This document shows, one piece after another, positions 9,115 through 20,850 of a DNA stretch of 64,000 nt. The stretch spans positions 192,001 to 256,000 of the forward strand of contig CAVRCI010000002.1 of NCBI GenBank assembly GCA_963719495.1, read 5' to 3'. Source of the stretch: an uncultured Verrucomicrobiae bacterium. Lineage in GTDB: Bacteria; Verrucomicrobiota; Verrucomicrobiia; Chthoniobacterales; JAATET01. Positions within the stretch are counted from its first letter, which is position 1, and each line of letters opens with the position of its first letter. The notes beneath the pieces were generated by a model, which was given only the letters and a program-made list of their open reading frames with translations, made no database searches and was not told the DNA's origin. A program made the position numbers and the translations under genes.

Positions 9115-9480
9115 TAACCAATCTGGCCAGCGTGGTGATGGGAGCGGCCTTGAGAGCCCTGCCAAGGCACTGGTATGAGCGCTTTTGGTTGCCGGGCGGC
9201 TTTTGGCGGAAAGTTTCACCGATCCGGAGAGCTACGTCGGTACCTGGTATCGTGGCCATGGCGCTTTTGGCCGGACGGCGCGAGATCGCCGAGATCGCAC
9301 GTTTTGCCAACAGCCTGACTCCAGCCCAGCGCCGCCCTGGCCCTGCTCGAAAGCCTGCCCGCCTTGGACGGCAAAATCGTCACCGCTCGGGGTCCCCCGC
9401 ACTGCCAGAAGAAAACCGCCAGCGCCAGCGTGGAAAATGGCGGCGACTACCCCTCCAGCGCCCCGCCCGAACATTACGAA
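9115..9480 (+). mobile_element. Heavily deleted remnant of a DUF4338-ISAs1-type IS at the 3' end of tRNA-Gly
   Basis: Fragments PNLASVVMGAALRALP and LLAESFTDPESYVGTWY (match 49490-49615), IVAMALLAGRREIAEIARFA, LDGK, HCQKKTA...GGDY in broken frames. Confidence 0.8.
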
Positions 9481-9787
9481 GCTCCGGGGATCCGCTGAAT
9501 TGACCGGAACGACATCTCGGTCGAGTTGTCGAAAGGCGTCGAGGGGCGATCTCGCCGACGTCGTCCGGCACCCGTCGCTTCTTTCGCGTGCAATGGTCGG
9601 CCTCCGAGTTCGTCGAACCGCGGGATGTCGGAGCCCGTCGCGCTCGGAGACGGGTGATTCGAAGATCGTTTCAAAGGGTTTTCATGCTTCGAGACCCAGG
9701 TGAGCCCGCGAGCCGATCCCAAAAACGGGGTCGTTCGCCCCGTCGTGGGCCTTGACCGGGGACGGTGTTGAGGGCGTGATGGTAGGT

Positions 9788-10789
9788 ATGGATTGGATTG
9801 GTGCTCGGCGTTTGCGACGGAATCGGCGGTCGGCTGGATTACGGGATCTGTTGCGGGAGACGGTGGTGCGGGCGGAGGATCTGGTGCAGCCGCTTTTTGT
9901 GAGGGCGGGCAACGGCGAGCCGGAAGCGGTGGCGTCGATGCCGGGCGTCATGCGGTGGTCGGTCGATGGGCTCGTCGAGGAGTGCCGGGCTTGCGCGGCG
10001 GTCGGGATCCGGGCGGTGGCGATCTTTCCGGTGATTGCCGCGGATCTGAAGGATGGGACCGGGTCGCACGCGACGGCGGAAGGAAACGTGCTGTTCCCGG
10101 CGGTGCGGGCGGTGAAGGCGGCTCTGCCGGACCTCGTGGTGATCACGGATGTGGCGCTCGATCCCTACACGGATCATGGGCACGACGGGCTGGTGTCGGA
10201 TGACGGGATGGTGGTGATGAACGACGCGACGGTGGCGGCGCTTTGTGAGCTGGCGGTGGCGGAGGCCCGGGCGGGGGCGGACGTGGTGGCGCCTTCGGAC
10301 ATGATGGATGGTCGGGTGGCGGCGATTCGGGAGGCGCTGGATGGGGTGGGATTCGAGGACGTGGGGATCCTTTCTTACGCCGCGAAGTTCGCGTCGGCAT
10401 TTTACGGCCCATTTCGGGATGCGGTGGGAAGTAAAGTGGGGGGGCGGGGCGTGGATAAGCGCAGCTACCAGATGGATCCCGGGAACGCGCGGGAGGCGCT
10501 GCTGGAGGTGGCGTTGGACGAGGCGGAGGGGGCGGACATGGTGATGGTGAAACCGGCGGGGGCTTATCTGGACATCATTCGAGGGGTGCGGGAGCGAACG
10601 GATCTGCCGGTGGCGGCGTATCAGGTGAGCGGGGAGTTCGCCCAGATCCACGCGGCGGCCCGGCTGGGGTGGTTGGATTACGCGGCGGCTCGGGATGAGA
10701 GTGTGTTGGCGATCAAGCGGGCGGGGGCGGATTTCGTGCTGACTTATTTTTCGCGGGAGATCGCGGAGGGGTTGCGGGAGCGGGGATGA
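9788..10789 (+). CDS. hemB: Porphobilinogen synthase
   Basis: RRLRRNR, DVALDPYTDHGHDG, APSDMMDGRV, SYAAKFASAFYGPFRDA, MVKPA, AYQVSGE. Confidence 0.97.
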   Translation: MDWIGARRLRRNRRSAGLRDLLRETVVRAEDLVQPLFVRAGNGEPEAVASMPGVMRWSVDGLVEECRACAAVGIRAVAIFPVIAADLKDGTGSHATAEGNVLFPAVRAVKAALPDLVVITDVALDPYTDHGHDGLVSDDGMVVMNDATVAALCELAVAEARAGADVVAPSDMMDGRVAAIREALDGVGFEDVGILSYAAKFASAFYGPFRDAVGSKVGGRGVDKRSYQMDPGNAREALLEVALDEAEGADMVMVKPAGAYLDIIRGVRERTDLPVAAYQVSGEFAQIHAAARLGWLDYAAARDESVLAIKRAGADFVLTYFSREIAEGLRERG

Positions 10790-10794
10790 GGGGG

Positions 10795-10868
10795 GAAGTG
10801 GCGCTTCGCGCTTGGGTTGGTGCGGCAAGCTGGAAGCTTGCCGGTGCGGGCTGGAAGCCCGCGCTCCC
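10795..10868. repeat. REP-like palindromes between hemB and priA
   Basis: cggcaagctggaagcttgccg and gcgggctggaagcccgcgctccc hairpins; leader gaagtggcgcttcgcgct(t/g)gggttggt shared with 62025-62050. Confidence 0.7.
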
Positions 10869-10892
10869 CGGGCGGGCAGGCCCGCCGTTTTG

Positions 10893-13091
10893 ATGAGTTT
10901 TGCCCGGGTGCTTTTGGATCAGTCGGCGGGGAAGCCGTTGGACTACGGGGTGCCGGTGGGGGTGACGGTTGCGGTGGGGTCTCGGGTGCGGGTGCCTCTG
11001 CGGACGCGTTCGGTGCTGGGAACCGTGGTGTCGGTTCACGCGGAAACGGACGCGAAGGGGGTGAGGCCGATCGATTCGGTGGTGGGAAATTCGCCTTTGA
11101 TCGGGGCGGTGCTGCTGCGGATGGCGGAGTGGATGGCGGATTACTACTGTTGCCCGGTGGAGGTGGCGACTCGGGCGGTGCTTCCGGTGGTGATCCGCAA
11201 GGCGGAGTTGGGGCACAAGATGGCGGACTTCGCGCGGATCGTGCGGGAGCCGGGGGTGGACGAATTGGCGGAGATCCGGCGACGGGCGGCGAAACAGGCG
11301 GAGGCTTTCGACCGACTGAAGGCCGAGGGGGGGCGGCTCAAGGTGGCGGCGGTGCCAGAGTTGCGGGATGCGTTCAAGGGGTTGGCGCGGCGGGGGTGGG
11401 TGGTGGTGGAATCGCTGGAGGTGGCGCGGGATCCAGAGGGGGTGTTTTTGCCTTCGCCGGAATTGGAAATGAACCCGGAGCAGGCGGTTGCGCTGGCTGC
11501 CGTGAAGGCGGCGATCGACGCGCCCGAGATCGCGAGGCCGATCCTGCTGCACGGGGTGACGGGGAGCGGGAAGACGGAGGTGTTTTTGCAGGGAATTCAG
11601 CACGCCCTGGCGTTGGGGAAAACGGCGTTGGTGATGGTGCCGGAGATTTCGCTGACGCCGCAGACGGTGGAGCGGTTCAAGTCGCGATTTGCGGAGATGC
11701 AGGGCGAGGTGGCGGTGATGCACTCGCATTTGTCGGAGGGGGAGCGTCACGACGAATGGCACAAGGTGCATTCGGGCCGGGCGAAGATTGTGATCGGGGC
11801 GCGGAGCGCGGTGTTTGCCCCGCTGGAGAATCTCGGTCTCATCGTCGTCGACGAGGAACACGAGTCGTCCTACAAGCAGGACGAGGCGCCGCGGTATCAC
11901 GGGCGGGACCTCGCGGTGCTGCGGGCGAGTCTGGAACCCTGCGCGGTGCTGCTCGGGAGCGCGACGCCGTCGATGGAGAGCTACCACAACGCGAAGACGG
12001 GGAAGTACGAGTTGGTGACGATGCCGTCGCGGATCGATGACCGGCGGATGCCGCTGATTCGCGTGGTCGACATGCGGCAGCAGAATCGGGTGAAGGGGCA
12101 GCCGGCGATTCTATCGCCGATCCTCTCGGCGGGGATCGAGGGGCGGCTGGCGCTGGGGCAGCAGACGATTTTGTTTTTGAATCGGCGGGGTTACGCTTCG
12201 GCGCTGCTCTGCGGGGTGTGCGGGCACGTCTGCCATTGCCCGGATTGCTCGGTGGCGCTGACGTATCACCGGGAGGACGAGCGGCTGCGGTGCCATGTGT
12301 GCGGTCATGCGGCGGTGGTGCCGCGGAAATGCCCGGGCTGTGGGGATCCGGGGATTCGGCACGCGGGATTCGGGACTCAGCGGATCGAGGAGGTGGTGCG
12401 GAGGTTTTTTCCGAAGGCCCGGGTGGCGCGCATGGACGCGGACGCGATGCAGCGGAAGGGTGGGTTTCGCGAGACGCTCGATGCGTTCAAATCGGGGAAG
12501 ATCGACGTGCTCATCGGGACGCAGATGATCGCGAAGGGGCTGCATTTTCCCAACGTGACGCTGGTGGGAATCATCAACGCGGACATGAGCTTGCACGTGT
12601 CGGATTTCCGCAGCGGCGAGCGGACGTTTCAGTTGCTGACGCAGGTGGCGGGACGGGCCGGGAGGGGGGATTACGAGGGCGAGGTGGTGGTGCAGACGTT
12701 CACTCCGGCGAGTCCTTCGATCCAGTTTGCGCGTCACCACGATTTCGCGGGGTATTGGGAGCAGGAGGCGGCGATGCGGGAGCAGTTTCGGCATCCGCCC
12801 TTCGTGCGGATGGTGTTGCTGACCGTGCGCGGCGAGAACGAGGAGATGGTGCGGTTCTGTGCCGAGACGGTGGAGCGGAAATTGAAGGCGGTGGCGTCGG
12901 CGGACTGGCTGGTGGGGGTGGCGACGCCGGCTCCGCTGGCGCGAGCAAAGACGTTGTTTCGGTATCAGGTGAGCCTGCGCGGGACGAGCGCGGTGCGGAT
13001 GAGCCGGGCGATCAAGGACGTGTTGGCGAAGCTAACGATGCCGGAGGGCGTGCGGGTGACGGTGGACGTGGACGCTCAGTCGCTGACGTGA
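10893..13091 (+). CDS. priA: Primosomal protein N' (replication restart helicase)
   Basis: LLHGVTGSGKTEVF, VPEISLTPQ, DEEHE, LNRRGY, four CxxC pairs, GTQMIAKGLHFP, QVAGRAGR. Confidence 0.97.
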   Translation: MSFARVLLDQSAGKPLDYGVPVGVTVAVGSRVRVPLRTRSVLGTVVSVHAETDAKGVRPIDSVVGNSPLIGAVLLRMAEWMADYYCCPVEVATRAVLPVVIRKAELGHKMADFARIVREPGVDELAEIRRRAAKQAEAFDRLKAEGGRLKVAAVPELRDAFKGLARRGWVVVESLEVARDPEGVFLPSPELEMNPEQAVALAAVKAAIDAPEIARPILLHGVTGSGKTEVFLQGIQHALALGKTALVMVPEISLTPQTVERFKSRFAEMQGEVAVMHSHLSEGERHDEWHKVHSGRAKIVIGARSAVFAPLENLGLIVVDEEHESSYKQDEAPRYHGRDLAVLRASLEPCAVLLGSATPSMESYHNAKTGKYELVTMPSRIDDRRMPLIRVVDMRQQNRVKGQPAILSPILSAGIEGRLALGQQTILFLNRRGYASALLCGVCGHVCHCPDCSVALTYHREDERLRCHVCGHAAVVPRKCPGCGDPGIRHAGFGTQRIEEVVRRFFPKARVARMDADAMQRKGGFRETLDAFKSGKIDVLIGTQMIAKGLHFPNVTLVGIINADMSLHVSDFRSGERTFQLLTQVAGRAGRGDYEGEVVVQTFTPASPSIQFARHHDFAGYWEQEAAMREQFRHPPFVRMVLLTVRGENEEMVRFCAETVERKLKAVASADWLVGVATPAPLARAKTLFRYQVSLRGTSAVRMSRAIKDVLAKLTMPEGVRVTVDVDAQSLT

Positions 13092-13374
13092 TGAGGGATT
13101 CGGAGCGTTGACGCGGAGGGAGATCGCCGGAATCGAACGAAACGGGCGTGTCGTCCTCGAAAGGCGCGATCCACGATGTGGAGAAATTGGGCGTGCATGT
13201 CGCGGGTGGTAACGGCGTCGATTCGGACGGGCGGATGAAGGGTGGGCGTCCCGCCATCGGAAGCATCTCGGGACTTTTCGCGGTCCCCAAAATACGTCAC
13301 GCTTACATTCGAAATTTCGTTCGGCGAGTTGATCGCCCCGAACCATCGCAACCCAACCCCATCCCCATAATTCC

Positions 13375-14988
13375 TTGAAAACTGTCTTCCTCATCGCCAA
13401 CGGCGACCTCCGCATTGCCGCAAACCAAACCTGCGAGGCCGCGCAGGTCGCCATGGAAAAGCAGGTCACCGCCGCCGTCGAGGCGACCGGCGCGAAAGTG
13501 CGGCGCGCCCACGCCTACGACGAAGCGAAGCGGCACGGCTTCATCGACAGTCAGAAATACGGGATGGCCGTTTTCCGGGACATCCCGCCGGACGCGCCCC
13601 TCATCGTCGCGGAAGCGGTCTGGCAATACAGCCACCACATCCTCGCTGGATTGACGACGCACCGGGGGCCGATCCTCACGGTCGCGAACTGGAGCGGCAC
13701 CTGGCCGGGGCTCGTCGGGATGCTGAATCTCAACGGATCGCTGACGAAGGCGGGTGTGGCCTACAGCACGCTCTGGAGCGAGGAATTCGAGGACGATTTT
13801 TTCAAGAATGGCCTGAGCGAATGGCTGGAAAAGGGTGCGATCACGCAGGACACCTCGCACGTCGCCGCGCTGGCCGATGTCACGGTCCCACGGGCCGCGG
13901 CGGAGGTGGGCGAGCGGTTCGCCGCCGAGCTCCAGAAGAACAAGGCCATCATGGGCGTCTTCGACGAGGGCTGCATGGGGATGTTCAACGCAATCATTCC
14001 CGACGCCCTGCTCCATCCGACCGGCGTCTTCAAGGAGCGGCTGAGTCAGTCGGCGCTCTACGCGCGCATGCTCACGGTCTCGGAAGCGGAAGCTCAGGCG
14101 GTCTACGACTGGTACGTCGGGCGGGGCTTAGAATTCCACCTCGGCACGGACGACGCCACCGAGCTCACCGAAGCGCAGGTGCTCGAACAGTGTAAAATGT
14201 ATGTCGCCGCCGTGCGGATTGCCGACGATTTCGGCTGCGGGACGATCGGCATTCAGTATCAGCAGGGTCTGAAGGACCTCTGCCCGGCCTCGGATCTGGT
14301 CGAAGGAACGCTCAACAACGTCGACCGCCCACCGGTCACCCGCGAGGGAACGAGCGAAGTCATCCTGCCGGGTCGCGCGCTGCCCCACTTCAACGAAGTC
14401 GACGAGTGCGCCGGCCTCGATGGACTCGTGACGGACGGACTCTGGCGCGAACTTGGATTCGAGCCGGAGAATACCCTGCACGATCTGCGGTGGGGTCGCC
14501 ACTTCACCGGCACGTGCGCCGGGCGCGAACTCGACGATTACGTCTGGGTCTTCCTCATTTCCGGAGCGGCGCCGCCCGCTCACTACATCGGTGGTTGGCG
14601 GGGATCCCACAGCTACCGCCAGCCGCCGATGTATTTCGGCAAGGGTGGGGGAACGCTCGCCGGCGTCAGCAAGCCGGGTTGGATCGTTTGGAGCCGGGTT
14701 TTTGTCGCGGACGGTGCGCTGAAGTTCGACACCGGCCTAGGTGAAGTCGTCGAGCTTCCGGAGGAGGAAACCAAGGAACGTCTCGAACTCACCACACCGC
14801 AGTGGCCGATCATGCACGCGATCCTGCGGGGGATCAGCCGCGACCAGATGATGGCCCGGCACCAAGCGAACCACATTCAGGTCGTCTACGCCCCCAGCCG
14901 CGAAGACGCGATCAAGGGTCTCTTCGTGAAGGCGGCCGCGATGCGGGCGCTTGGTTTGGAAGTCGCAGTCTGCGGCGATCTCGACTGA
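13375..14988 (+). CDS. L-fucose/L-arabinose isomerase-family protein
   Basis: [59 protein letters not shown] start. Confidence 0.75.
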   Translation: MKTVFLIANGDLRIAANQTCEAAQVAMEKQVTAAVEATGAKVRRAHAYDEAKRHGFIDSQKYGMAVFRDIPPDAPLIVAEAVWQYSHHILAGLTTHRGPILTVANWSGTWPGLVGMLNLNGSLTKAGVAYSTLWSEEFEDDFFKNGLSEWLEKGAITQDTSHVAALADVTVPRAAAEVGERFAAELQKNKAIMGVFDEGCMGMFNAIIPDALLHPTGVFKERLSQSALYARMLTVSEAEAQAVYDWYVGRGLEFHLGTDDATELTEAQVLEQCKMYVAAVRIADDFGCGTIGIQYQQGLKDLCPASDLVEGTLNNVDRPPVTREGTSEVILPGRALPHFNEVDECAGLDGLVTDGLWRELGFEPENTLHDLRWGRHFTGTCAGRELDDYVWVFLISGAAPPAHYIGGWRGSHSYRQPPMYFGKGGGTLAGVSKPGWIVWSRVFVADGALKFDTGLGEVVELPEEETKERLELTTPQWPIMHAILRGISRDQMMARHQANHIQVVYAPSREDAIKGLFVKAAAMRALGLEVAVCGDLD

Positions 14989-15018
14989 GGCGTCGTCGTG
15001 GTGCGGGAGGCCGGAGCG

Positions 15019-16026
15019 TCAGGCTCCGGTTTCCAGCGCCTTGACCCGTTTGTAGAGTTTCCCCAGGCGGGAAATCTGCGCGCAGTTTTCCCGGTATTCC
15101 TTGATCGGACGGGCGGGACCACCGCCGACGATCTCGCCGGACGGGACGCTTTTGTTCACGCCGCTCTGCGCGGCGACGATCGCCTGATCGCCAATCTCGA
15201 GGTGACCGACGATGCCGGCCTGCCCCGCCAGCGTGACGTATCGTCCGACGCGGGTGCTGCCGGAGACTCCGACCTGCGAGCAGAGGATGGAATGTTCGCC
15301 GATCCGGACGTTGTGGGCGATCTGGACGAGATTGTCGATCTTCGTGCCGGATTGGATCCAGGTTCGCCCGAAGCGCGCGCGGTCGATGGCGGTGTTTGCT
15401 CCGATCTCGACGTCGTCGCCGATTTCCACGATTCCGGTTTGCGGGATTTTTGCGTGGTGGCCGTTCTCGAGTTCATAGCCGAATCCGTCGGACCCGATGA
15501 CCGCACCCGCCTGGATTTCGACCCGGTCGCCGAGCACGCAGCGATCTTCGATGACGACGCGGGGGTGGAGGCGGCAGTCGGCGCCGACGACGGCTCCGGG
15601 GCCGACGACGCAGTGGGACTGAATGATCGAGCCGGCTCCGATCCGGGCTCCGGCGTCGATGGCTGCCATCGGGCCAACGTGCGCCGATGGGTCGATCTCG
15701 GCTTCCGGATGGACGACGGCGGACGGGTGGACGCCCGCTGAAAACTCGCGCGGCGGCGGCGCGAACTCCGCGAGAATGGTCGCGAAAGCGGTTGCGGGAT
15801 TGGCGCAGCGAACGGGTGCGGCGGCGATCGGCTCGGTGAAATCCATGGGCACGAGCACGGCGGTCGCCTGGGTCGCGCGGAGCGCCACGAGGTAGCGGGG
15901 ATCGCCGTAGAACGCGATGTCGCCCGCGGCGGCTTCGGGCAGCGAAGCGGGATGCGTGACCTCGAGAGATTCGTTCCCGGGAGCGATCTGACCATCGATG
16001 AGGTCGGCGATGTGGCGGAGTGTCAT
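15019..16026 (-). CDS. lpxD: UDP-3-O-(3-hydroxyacyl)glucosamine N-acyltransferase
   Basis: Hexapeptide repeats, [35 protein letters not shown]. Confidence 0.95.
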   Translation of the reverse strand: MTLRHIADLIDGQIAPGNESLEVTHPASLPEAAAGDIAFYGDPRYLVALRATQATAVLVPMDFTEPIAAAPVRCANPATAFATILAEFAPPPREFSAGVHPSAVVHPEAEIDPSAHVGPMAAIDAGARIGAGSIIQSHCVVGPGAVVGADCRLHPRVVIEDRCVLGDRVEIQAGAVIGSDGFGYELENGHHAKIPQTGIVEIGDDVEIGANTAIDRARFGRTWIQSGTKIDNLVQIAHNVRIGEHSILCSQVGVSGSTRVGRYVTLAGQAGIVGHLEIGDQAIVAAQSGVNKSVPSGEIVGGGPARPIKEYRENCAQISRLGKLYKRVKALETGA

Positions 16027-17954
16027 TGGGTGGATTCTTCCATCAGAAGGTCGAATCGGTCGAGGGTGAAGCGTTTCGCCTCCGGCTTGATGCGGAGGCG
16101 CAGGCTGAGGCTGTCGGCTGCTTCGGGGATCGTGAGGAAGAAGAAATCCTCGCTGGGATCGGGGAAGAGGTAGGGCTTGAGCGTGAGTTCCTGAATGCGC
16201 TGTCCGTCCCGGTAGAAGTAGACGTTCGCACGGACGGGTTCCGTCTCGTCCGAAGAGTAGCGGAGACCGAGAAAGAGCGTCTTCCCACGCAGCGAAGGCG
16301 GGATCGGCACGACCAGGTACTCCGTGGGGTCGGTGTTGCGGTTGGGGAGTTCCCACCGACCCGGCACGGCCAGTTGGGGGACGAAGAGTTCCCGCAGATT
16401 GCGCCCATCGGGTGTCAGTGGCGTGAGTTCCCGCTGGTCGCCGCGACGAACGAGGAACACAAAATCCGGCACGTCACCCTTGGCGATTGCGCGGGCGGCG
16501 GTCCAGTCCGTGAGCGGCGCCCGGAGGTAGGGTGCGATGCTGCCGATGCCGTCGAGGAGGTCGTATTCGGATTTTTTTCGTGTGCCGGTCCAAACCCATT
16601 TGCGGATGAACCAGATCTGGTCGGAGCGTTCCGCGACCCGCAACGTTTCGGTGCCGGGGTCGAGGAGGTCTTTTTTGAGGGTCCAATCGAATTTCGCGGC
16701 CTGCCCGGCATTCGCCATCGTGACGACCTGCCGCATGGCGGGATTGGCGAGGATGCGGCTGCCGACTGGAACGGTGCGGACGTAATCCGAAATTTCGGAC
16801 AGATAATTCGGGCCGCGAAACGGGCGGGAGGCGAAGGGAATCAGCCCGAGCGCGATGGCGGCGACGAGAACGGTCGGATTCACCGACGCCGATCGTTCGA
16901 AGCCCGCGAAGACCACCAAACGCCGGGCATGAACGGCCAGGAAGGACAGTCCGAGCGCGGCGGCGATGGCGAGAGGGAAGGCGAGACTGGCCAGGAAGCG
17001 GTCGCCGTCGCGCACCAACGGGCGGGGCGGGGAGAGGCTCTGGAGTGCGCAACTGTAGGTGAGCAGGTAGAGAAAACCGTAGGCGACGAGGGCGCGCCCG
17101 GGTTTGCCGAGCTGTCGGACGGCGGGGTAGAGTCCGACGAGGGCCGCGACCATGAAGATGACGTCCGAATAGCGGCGGTAAAATGCGGGGAGGAAGCGGA
17201 AGGGAAGTTGCCAGAGTGGCTGGGTCTCGGTGCCCTTTCTCCCGGTCGCGCCGAGGTTGGCGTGGATGTTGTGGAGCCAGTCTCCTGTGAGCGAGTAGTA
17301 GACGGCGGCCTCGATCGCCACGAAGCCGGCGGCAATACCGCCGCAGAGCGCCAGCCACAGGATCCGGCGCGGGTAGAATGCCAGCGTGCAGAGGACGAGG
17401 ACGGGGATCGCGAAGACACCGGTGATCCGGTTGGCCTGGCCGATTGCGAGGCAGAGACCGACGACGGCGGATAAAAGGATGTCCGGGCCAGTCCGAGGCG
17501 ACCTCATCAGCTTCAACCACGCGAGGAAGGCCGAGGCGACCCAGAAGCCCTCCGAGAGATCGGGCATCGGTCGGTCGATCACCGAGTCGAGTTGCGGGTG
17601 AAAGAGAAAGAGCACGCCCGCCAGGAGTGCGACGTCTCGGCTGGAGCCGATCTCCCGGGTGATGGCGCGCACCACGACCGCGCCGGCGCCGAGGTAGAGG
17701 ATCGGCTGAAGGTAGTAGGAGAGGGCGTCGAATCCGAAGGGGATCTGGAGCAACCAGCAAAGTCCCCAGATGGGCCAGCGCAGATCGTGAAACGATTCCG
17801 CACTCCAGGCACCCGGAGTGCCGAGGTGGAGATCCATCGCGAGGCCCCAGTAGTTCAAGTCGTCGCCAAGGGATGGCGAAGTCTGGTAGATCCAGCTCAC
17901 GGCAAACGCACCGAAGAACAGCAGGATCGGATCGAGAACGTTTCGAGTTCTCAT
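16023..17954 (-). CDS. Multi-pass membrane protein, putative GT-C (ArnT/PMT-like) glycosyltransferase
   Basis: First TM followed by SLGDDLNYW, then LRWPIW and [10 protein letters not shown], many TM helices and a soluble C-terminal domain. Confidence 0.55.
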   Translation of the reverse strand: MRTRNVLDPILLFFGAFAVSWIYQTSPSLGDDLNYWGLAMDLHLGTPGAWSAESFHDLRWPIWGLCWLLQIPFGFDALSYYLQPILYLGAGAVVVRAITREIGSSRDVALLAGVLFLFHPQLDSVIDRPMPDLSEGFWVASAFLAWLKLMRSPRTGPDILLSAVVGLCLAIGQANRITGVFAIPVLVLCTLAFYPRRILWLALCGGIAAGFVAIEAAVYYSLTGDWLHNIHANLGATGRKGTETQPLWQLPFRFLPAFYRRYSDVIFMVAALVGLYPAVRQLGKPGRALVAYGFLYLLTYSCALQSLSPPRPLVRDGDRFLASLAFPLAIAAALGLSFLAVHARRLVVFAGFERSASVNPTVLVAAIALGLIPFASRPFRGPNYLSEISDYVRTVPVGSRILANPAMRQVVTMANAGQAAKFDWTLKKDLLDPGTETLRVAERSDQIWFIRKWVWTGTRKKSEYDLLDGIGSIAPYLRAPLTDWTAARAIAKGDVPDFVFLVRRGDQRELTPLTPDGRNLRELFVPQLAVPGRWELPNRNTDPTEYLVVPIPPSLRGKTLFLGLRYSSDETEPVRANVYFYRDGQRIQELTLKPYLFPDPSEDFFFLTIPEAADSLSLRLRIKPEAKRFTLDRFDLLMEESTQ

Positions 17955-19543
17955 GGGGACGGATGCCGCCCGCGGTCGATTCCCAACCGGAGCGCGGACC
18001 AGGCGCAGTCGAGAAATGCGGCGGCGTAGAGGAACCAGAATGGTTCGAACGTGATGCGAAAGCGGGCCCGGACGTTGGCCGTGATCATGACGATCAGGAA
18101 AAGCGCGACGAGGAAACAGCCGAAGAGGAAGTGGAAGCCAAGCGGTTGGGGCGAGCGGACCGCGAGGGTGACGATCCCGAGCACGGCCAGCGTGTAAAGT
18201 GCGGGGAGTCCGTGGATCGATCCGCCTTTCACCTCGGAGCCCGGCAGACTCACGGAAAGGATCGGCAGCAGGGCAGCCTTCTGGAACGCCATGAGGTAGT
18301 TCTGCAGCCAGTCGCCGGGGACCGGGGTGTTCGTCGCCTCGAAGAACTCGGCGGCTTCCCGTTCAGTTGTGAGTTTTTCGCCCCACGCGAGTTCCGTGTA
18401 GCGAAGGGCCTTCCGGCGTTCTCCGTCTTCGAACAGGGCGGTGATCTGCCCCTCGAGCGCGTAGTCGTTGAAGCCGAGCGTGAGCGGCTCGTGGTGGCCG
18501 ATGACGAATTTCTGAACGGCGAAGCGGGGCATGGTCAGCGGATTGCGGAGGATCGTCTCGATGGCGGCGCGCTTGGCGATCCCGTTGACCCGCCCATTCG
18601 CCGCGCGCTCGGAAGTGCCCCGCCCGACCATGTCCTCGCGGATCGCGGCTTGCAGGGATTTCCGGATCCGAACGAGGCCCGGCAAATCGTTCGAAGCCCA
18701 CTCCGACCGACTCTCGTCCCGAACGTCGCGAACGGCTTCGGCCAGACCGGGCGAGGCGAAGAGACGATCGGGGGTGAATTGCACGACTGAAGCGTAGAGG
18801 AGGGTGCCTCCCTGAGAGGTCTGGGTGATCGCGAAAAGAAAGAACGCCCAGGCGCACGTCGCGCCGGTGGCGACGAAGCACATTTTCCGTTGCCCCCAGA
18901 AGGCGCGGACGACGAGCGCGACGCCGAGGAACGCGAAGAGGTGTCCCTCGGGGCGAGCGGTCGCTACCAGCAACAGGGCGAAATACAGGGCCACGAGGCT
19001 CCAGCGCGACGGCGATTGGCTGAAGCCCCATCCGACCAGTGCCACCAGGAGCGCGGCGAAGACGGCGTAGATCTCCGCCAGCGCAACGTGTTCGTACCAG
19101 AGGATGGCAGGGTGGAGCGCGACGATGCAGGTCACTGGCACGATGAAAACACGCCAGCGAACGAACCAGGCACGAACCAACATTCCCACGATGAGGACGA
19201 GCGCCATCCCGAGGACGTGCTGGAGAGCGGCGGCGAAGCCGAGAACGGGCACCCCAAGCAGAGCGGGGATGCAATAGACGGCCGGAACCAGCGGCGTTTT
19301 TTTGCCCTCGGTGGCGAAAGCGGCCTTCGACAGAAGCTGATTCGCGGTCTCGAGCGTCGCGGCGCTGTCGTCGTGAATGAAGGCGACCGGATAATGCCAG
19401 AGAACGTACGCCCGAAGAGCAACCGCAAGGAGGACTGCGGGTAGGCAAAGGAGCAACGCCTCACGCAGACCGTGCCGCCGGACGAACTGCCGCCGGGCCG
19501 ACCGAGCCGCCCGGAGCGAATCTCCGATGTGGTCCGCGATCAC
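17951..19543 (-). CDS. Multi-pass membrane protein, putative GT-C glycosyltransferase
   Basis: TM then FIHDDS, YEHVALAE, ARPEG, and terminal RARFRITFEP-type motif. Confidence 0.5.
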   Translation of the reverse strand: MIADHIGDSLRAARSARRQFVRRHGLREALLLCLPAVLLAVALRAYVLWHYPVAFIHDDSAATLETANQLLSKAAFATEGKKTPLVPAVYCIPALLGVPVLGFAAALQHVLGMALVLIVGMLVRAWFVRWRVFIVPVTCIVALHPAILWYEHVALAEIYAVFAALLVALVGWGFSQSPSRWSLVALYFALLLVATARPEGHLFAFLGVALVVRAFWGQRKMCFVATGATCAWAFFLFAITQTSQGGTLLYASVVQFTPDRLFASPGLAEAVRDVRDESRSEWASNDLPGLVRIRKSLQAAIREDMVGRGTSERAANGRVNGIAKRAAIETILRNPLTMPRFAVQKFVIGHHEPLTLGFNDYALEGQITALFEDGERRKALRYTELAWGEKLTTEREAAEFFEATNTPVPGDWLQNYLMAFQKAALLPILSVSLPGSEVKGGSIHGLPALYTLAVLGIVTLAVRSPQPLGFHFLFGCFLVALFLIVMITANVRARFRITFEPFWFLYAAAFLDCAWSALRLGIDRGRHPSP

Positions 19544-20850
19544 GTGCCGCGCAGTCCGCTGAGCAGCAGCTCGGCGTTGGTCGCCGTGTTCAGGAGATTG
19601 GATTGGAAGACTTCCATGGCTTCGACGGCTGGCATTTCGGCCAGTTGCTTACGAATCTCGAACACACGATCCAGCTCGTCCGGATGGTAGAGTAATTCCT
19701 CGCGGCGGGTGGCGGATTTCGTGACGTGGAGAGCGGGAAAGACACGCTGCTCCGCGACGGAGCGGTCGAGGTGGATCTCCATGTTGCCGGTGCCCTTGTA
19801 TTCCTCGAAGATGAGGTCATCCATGCGGCTGTGGGTGTCGACCAGCGCCGTGGCCAGAATCGTCAGGCTACCTCCTTCTTCGACGTTGCGCGCCGCGCCG
19901 AAAAATCGCTTGGGGCGGGCGAGGGCTTTCGCGTCGATCCCGCCGCTCATCGTCCGCCCCTTCTTTCCTCCGGGCATGAGGTTGTTGTAGCCCCGGGAGA
20001 GGCGGGTGATGCTGTCGAGGAGGATGACGACATCCTTGCGCATCTCGACCAGGCGCTTGGCTCGCTCGGACACCAGCTCCGCGACCTGCACGTGGCGGGC
20101 GGGGGATTCGTCGAAGGTGCTGGCAAAGATGTCGCAGTCGAGCTCGCGTTGGAAATCGGTCACCTCCTCGGGGCGTTCGTCGACGAGCAGGAGAATCAGA
20201 TGAATCCCGGGCTCGGCTTTGCGAATCGCCCGGGCCAGCTCCTTCAACAGCACCGTTTTCCCGGCGCGGGGGGGCGCCACGATGAGGCCGCGTTGACCCA
20301 TGCCGAGGGGAGAGATGATGTCGACCGCCCGGGGGGAGATTTCCTTGCTGCCCGGGACTTCCAGTAGGATGCGCCGGTTCGGAAAGAGTGCCGTCAGTTT
20401 TTCGAAATCCACGGTCGGTTCCCACTCGGCAACGTGGACGTCTTCGATCTCGAGAATGGCTTCTGCCACGAGTCCGCTTTCACGACGCTCGGGGCTGCGC
20501 GTTGCGACGCGCAGCTTTTGCCCGGGCCGGACGCCGTGTGGTTCCAACAGTTTGTTCGGCAGCAGGACGTCCTCCGGACAGGCGCGGAAATGAAATTGCG
20601 GCCATCGGAGAATCGAGCGGTCGTTTTCGCTCTCGACGATTCCTTCGGCTTCGACGCGGTCTCCCTGGGAGAGGTGAAAGCGGACTTGATCCATCACGAG
20701 GTGATGGAGGCTGCCGTCGGTGCGAACTCGGATCTCCAATTCCTCGGCGCGGGCGACGAGTTCCTTGCGGGAGAACCGGTGAAGGTCGTTGATCGATATG
20801 GTGGCGGGAGCGCGAGTCGGCGCGACCGGAGGCTCGGGAGAGTCAGTCAT
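19540..20850 (-). CDS. rho: Transcription termination factor Rho (divergent RNA-binding domain)
   Basis: [72 protein letters not shown]. Confidence 0.93.
   Translation of the reverse strand: MTDSPEPPVAPTRAPATISINDLHRFSRKELVARAEELEIRVRTDGSLHHLVMDQVRFHLSQGDRVEAEGIVESENDRSILRWPQFHFRACPEDVLLPNKLLEPHGVRPGQKLRVATRSPERRESGLVAEAILEIEDVHVAEWEPTVDFEKLTALFPNRRILLEVPGSKEISPRAVDIISPLGMGQRGLIVAPPRAGKTVLLKELARAIRKAEPGIHLILLLVDERPEEVTDFQRELDCDIFASTFDESPARHVQVAELVSERAKRLVEMRKDVVILLDSITRLSRGYNNLMPGGKKGRTMSGGIDAKALARPKRFFGAARNVEEGGSLTILATALVDTHSRMDDLIFEEYKGTGNMEIHLDRSVAEQRVFPALHVTKSATRREELLYHPDELDRVFEIRKQLAEMPAVEAMEVFQSNLLNTATNAELLLSGLRGT

Noticed and set aside
13092..13374. Small ORFs or ncRNA between priA and the isomerase; similar unexplained gaps at 9480-9780 and 43932-44187
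   Set aside because: No recognisable motif, RBS or convincing structure; may be gene remnants but cannot be supported.
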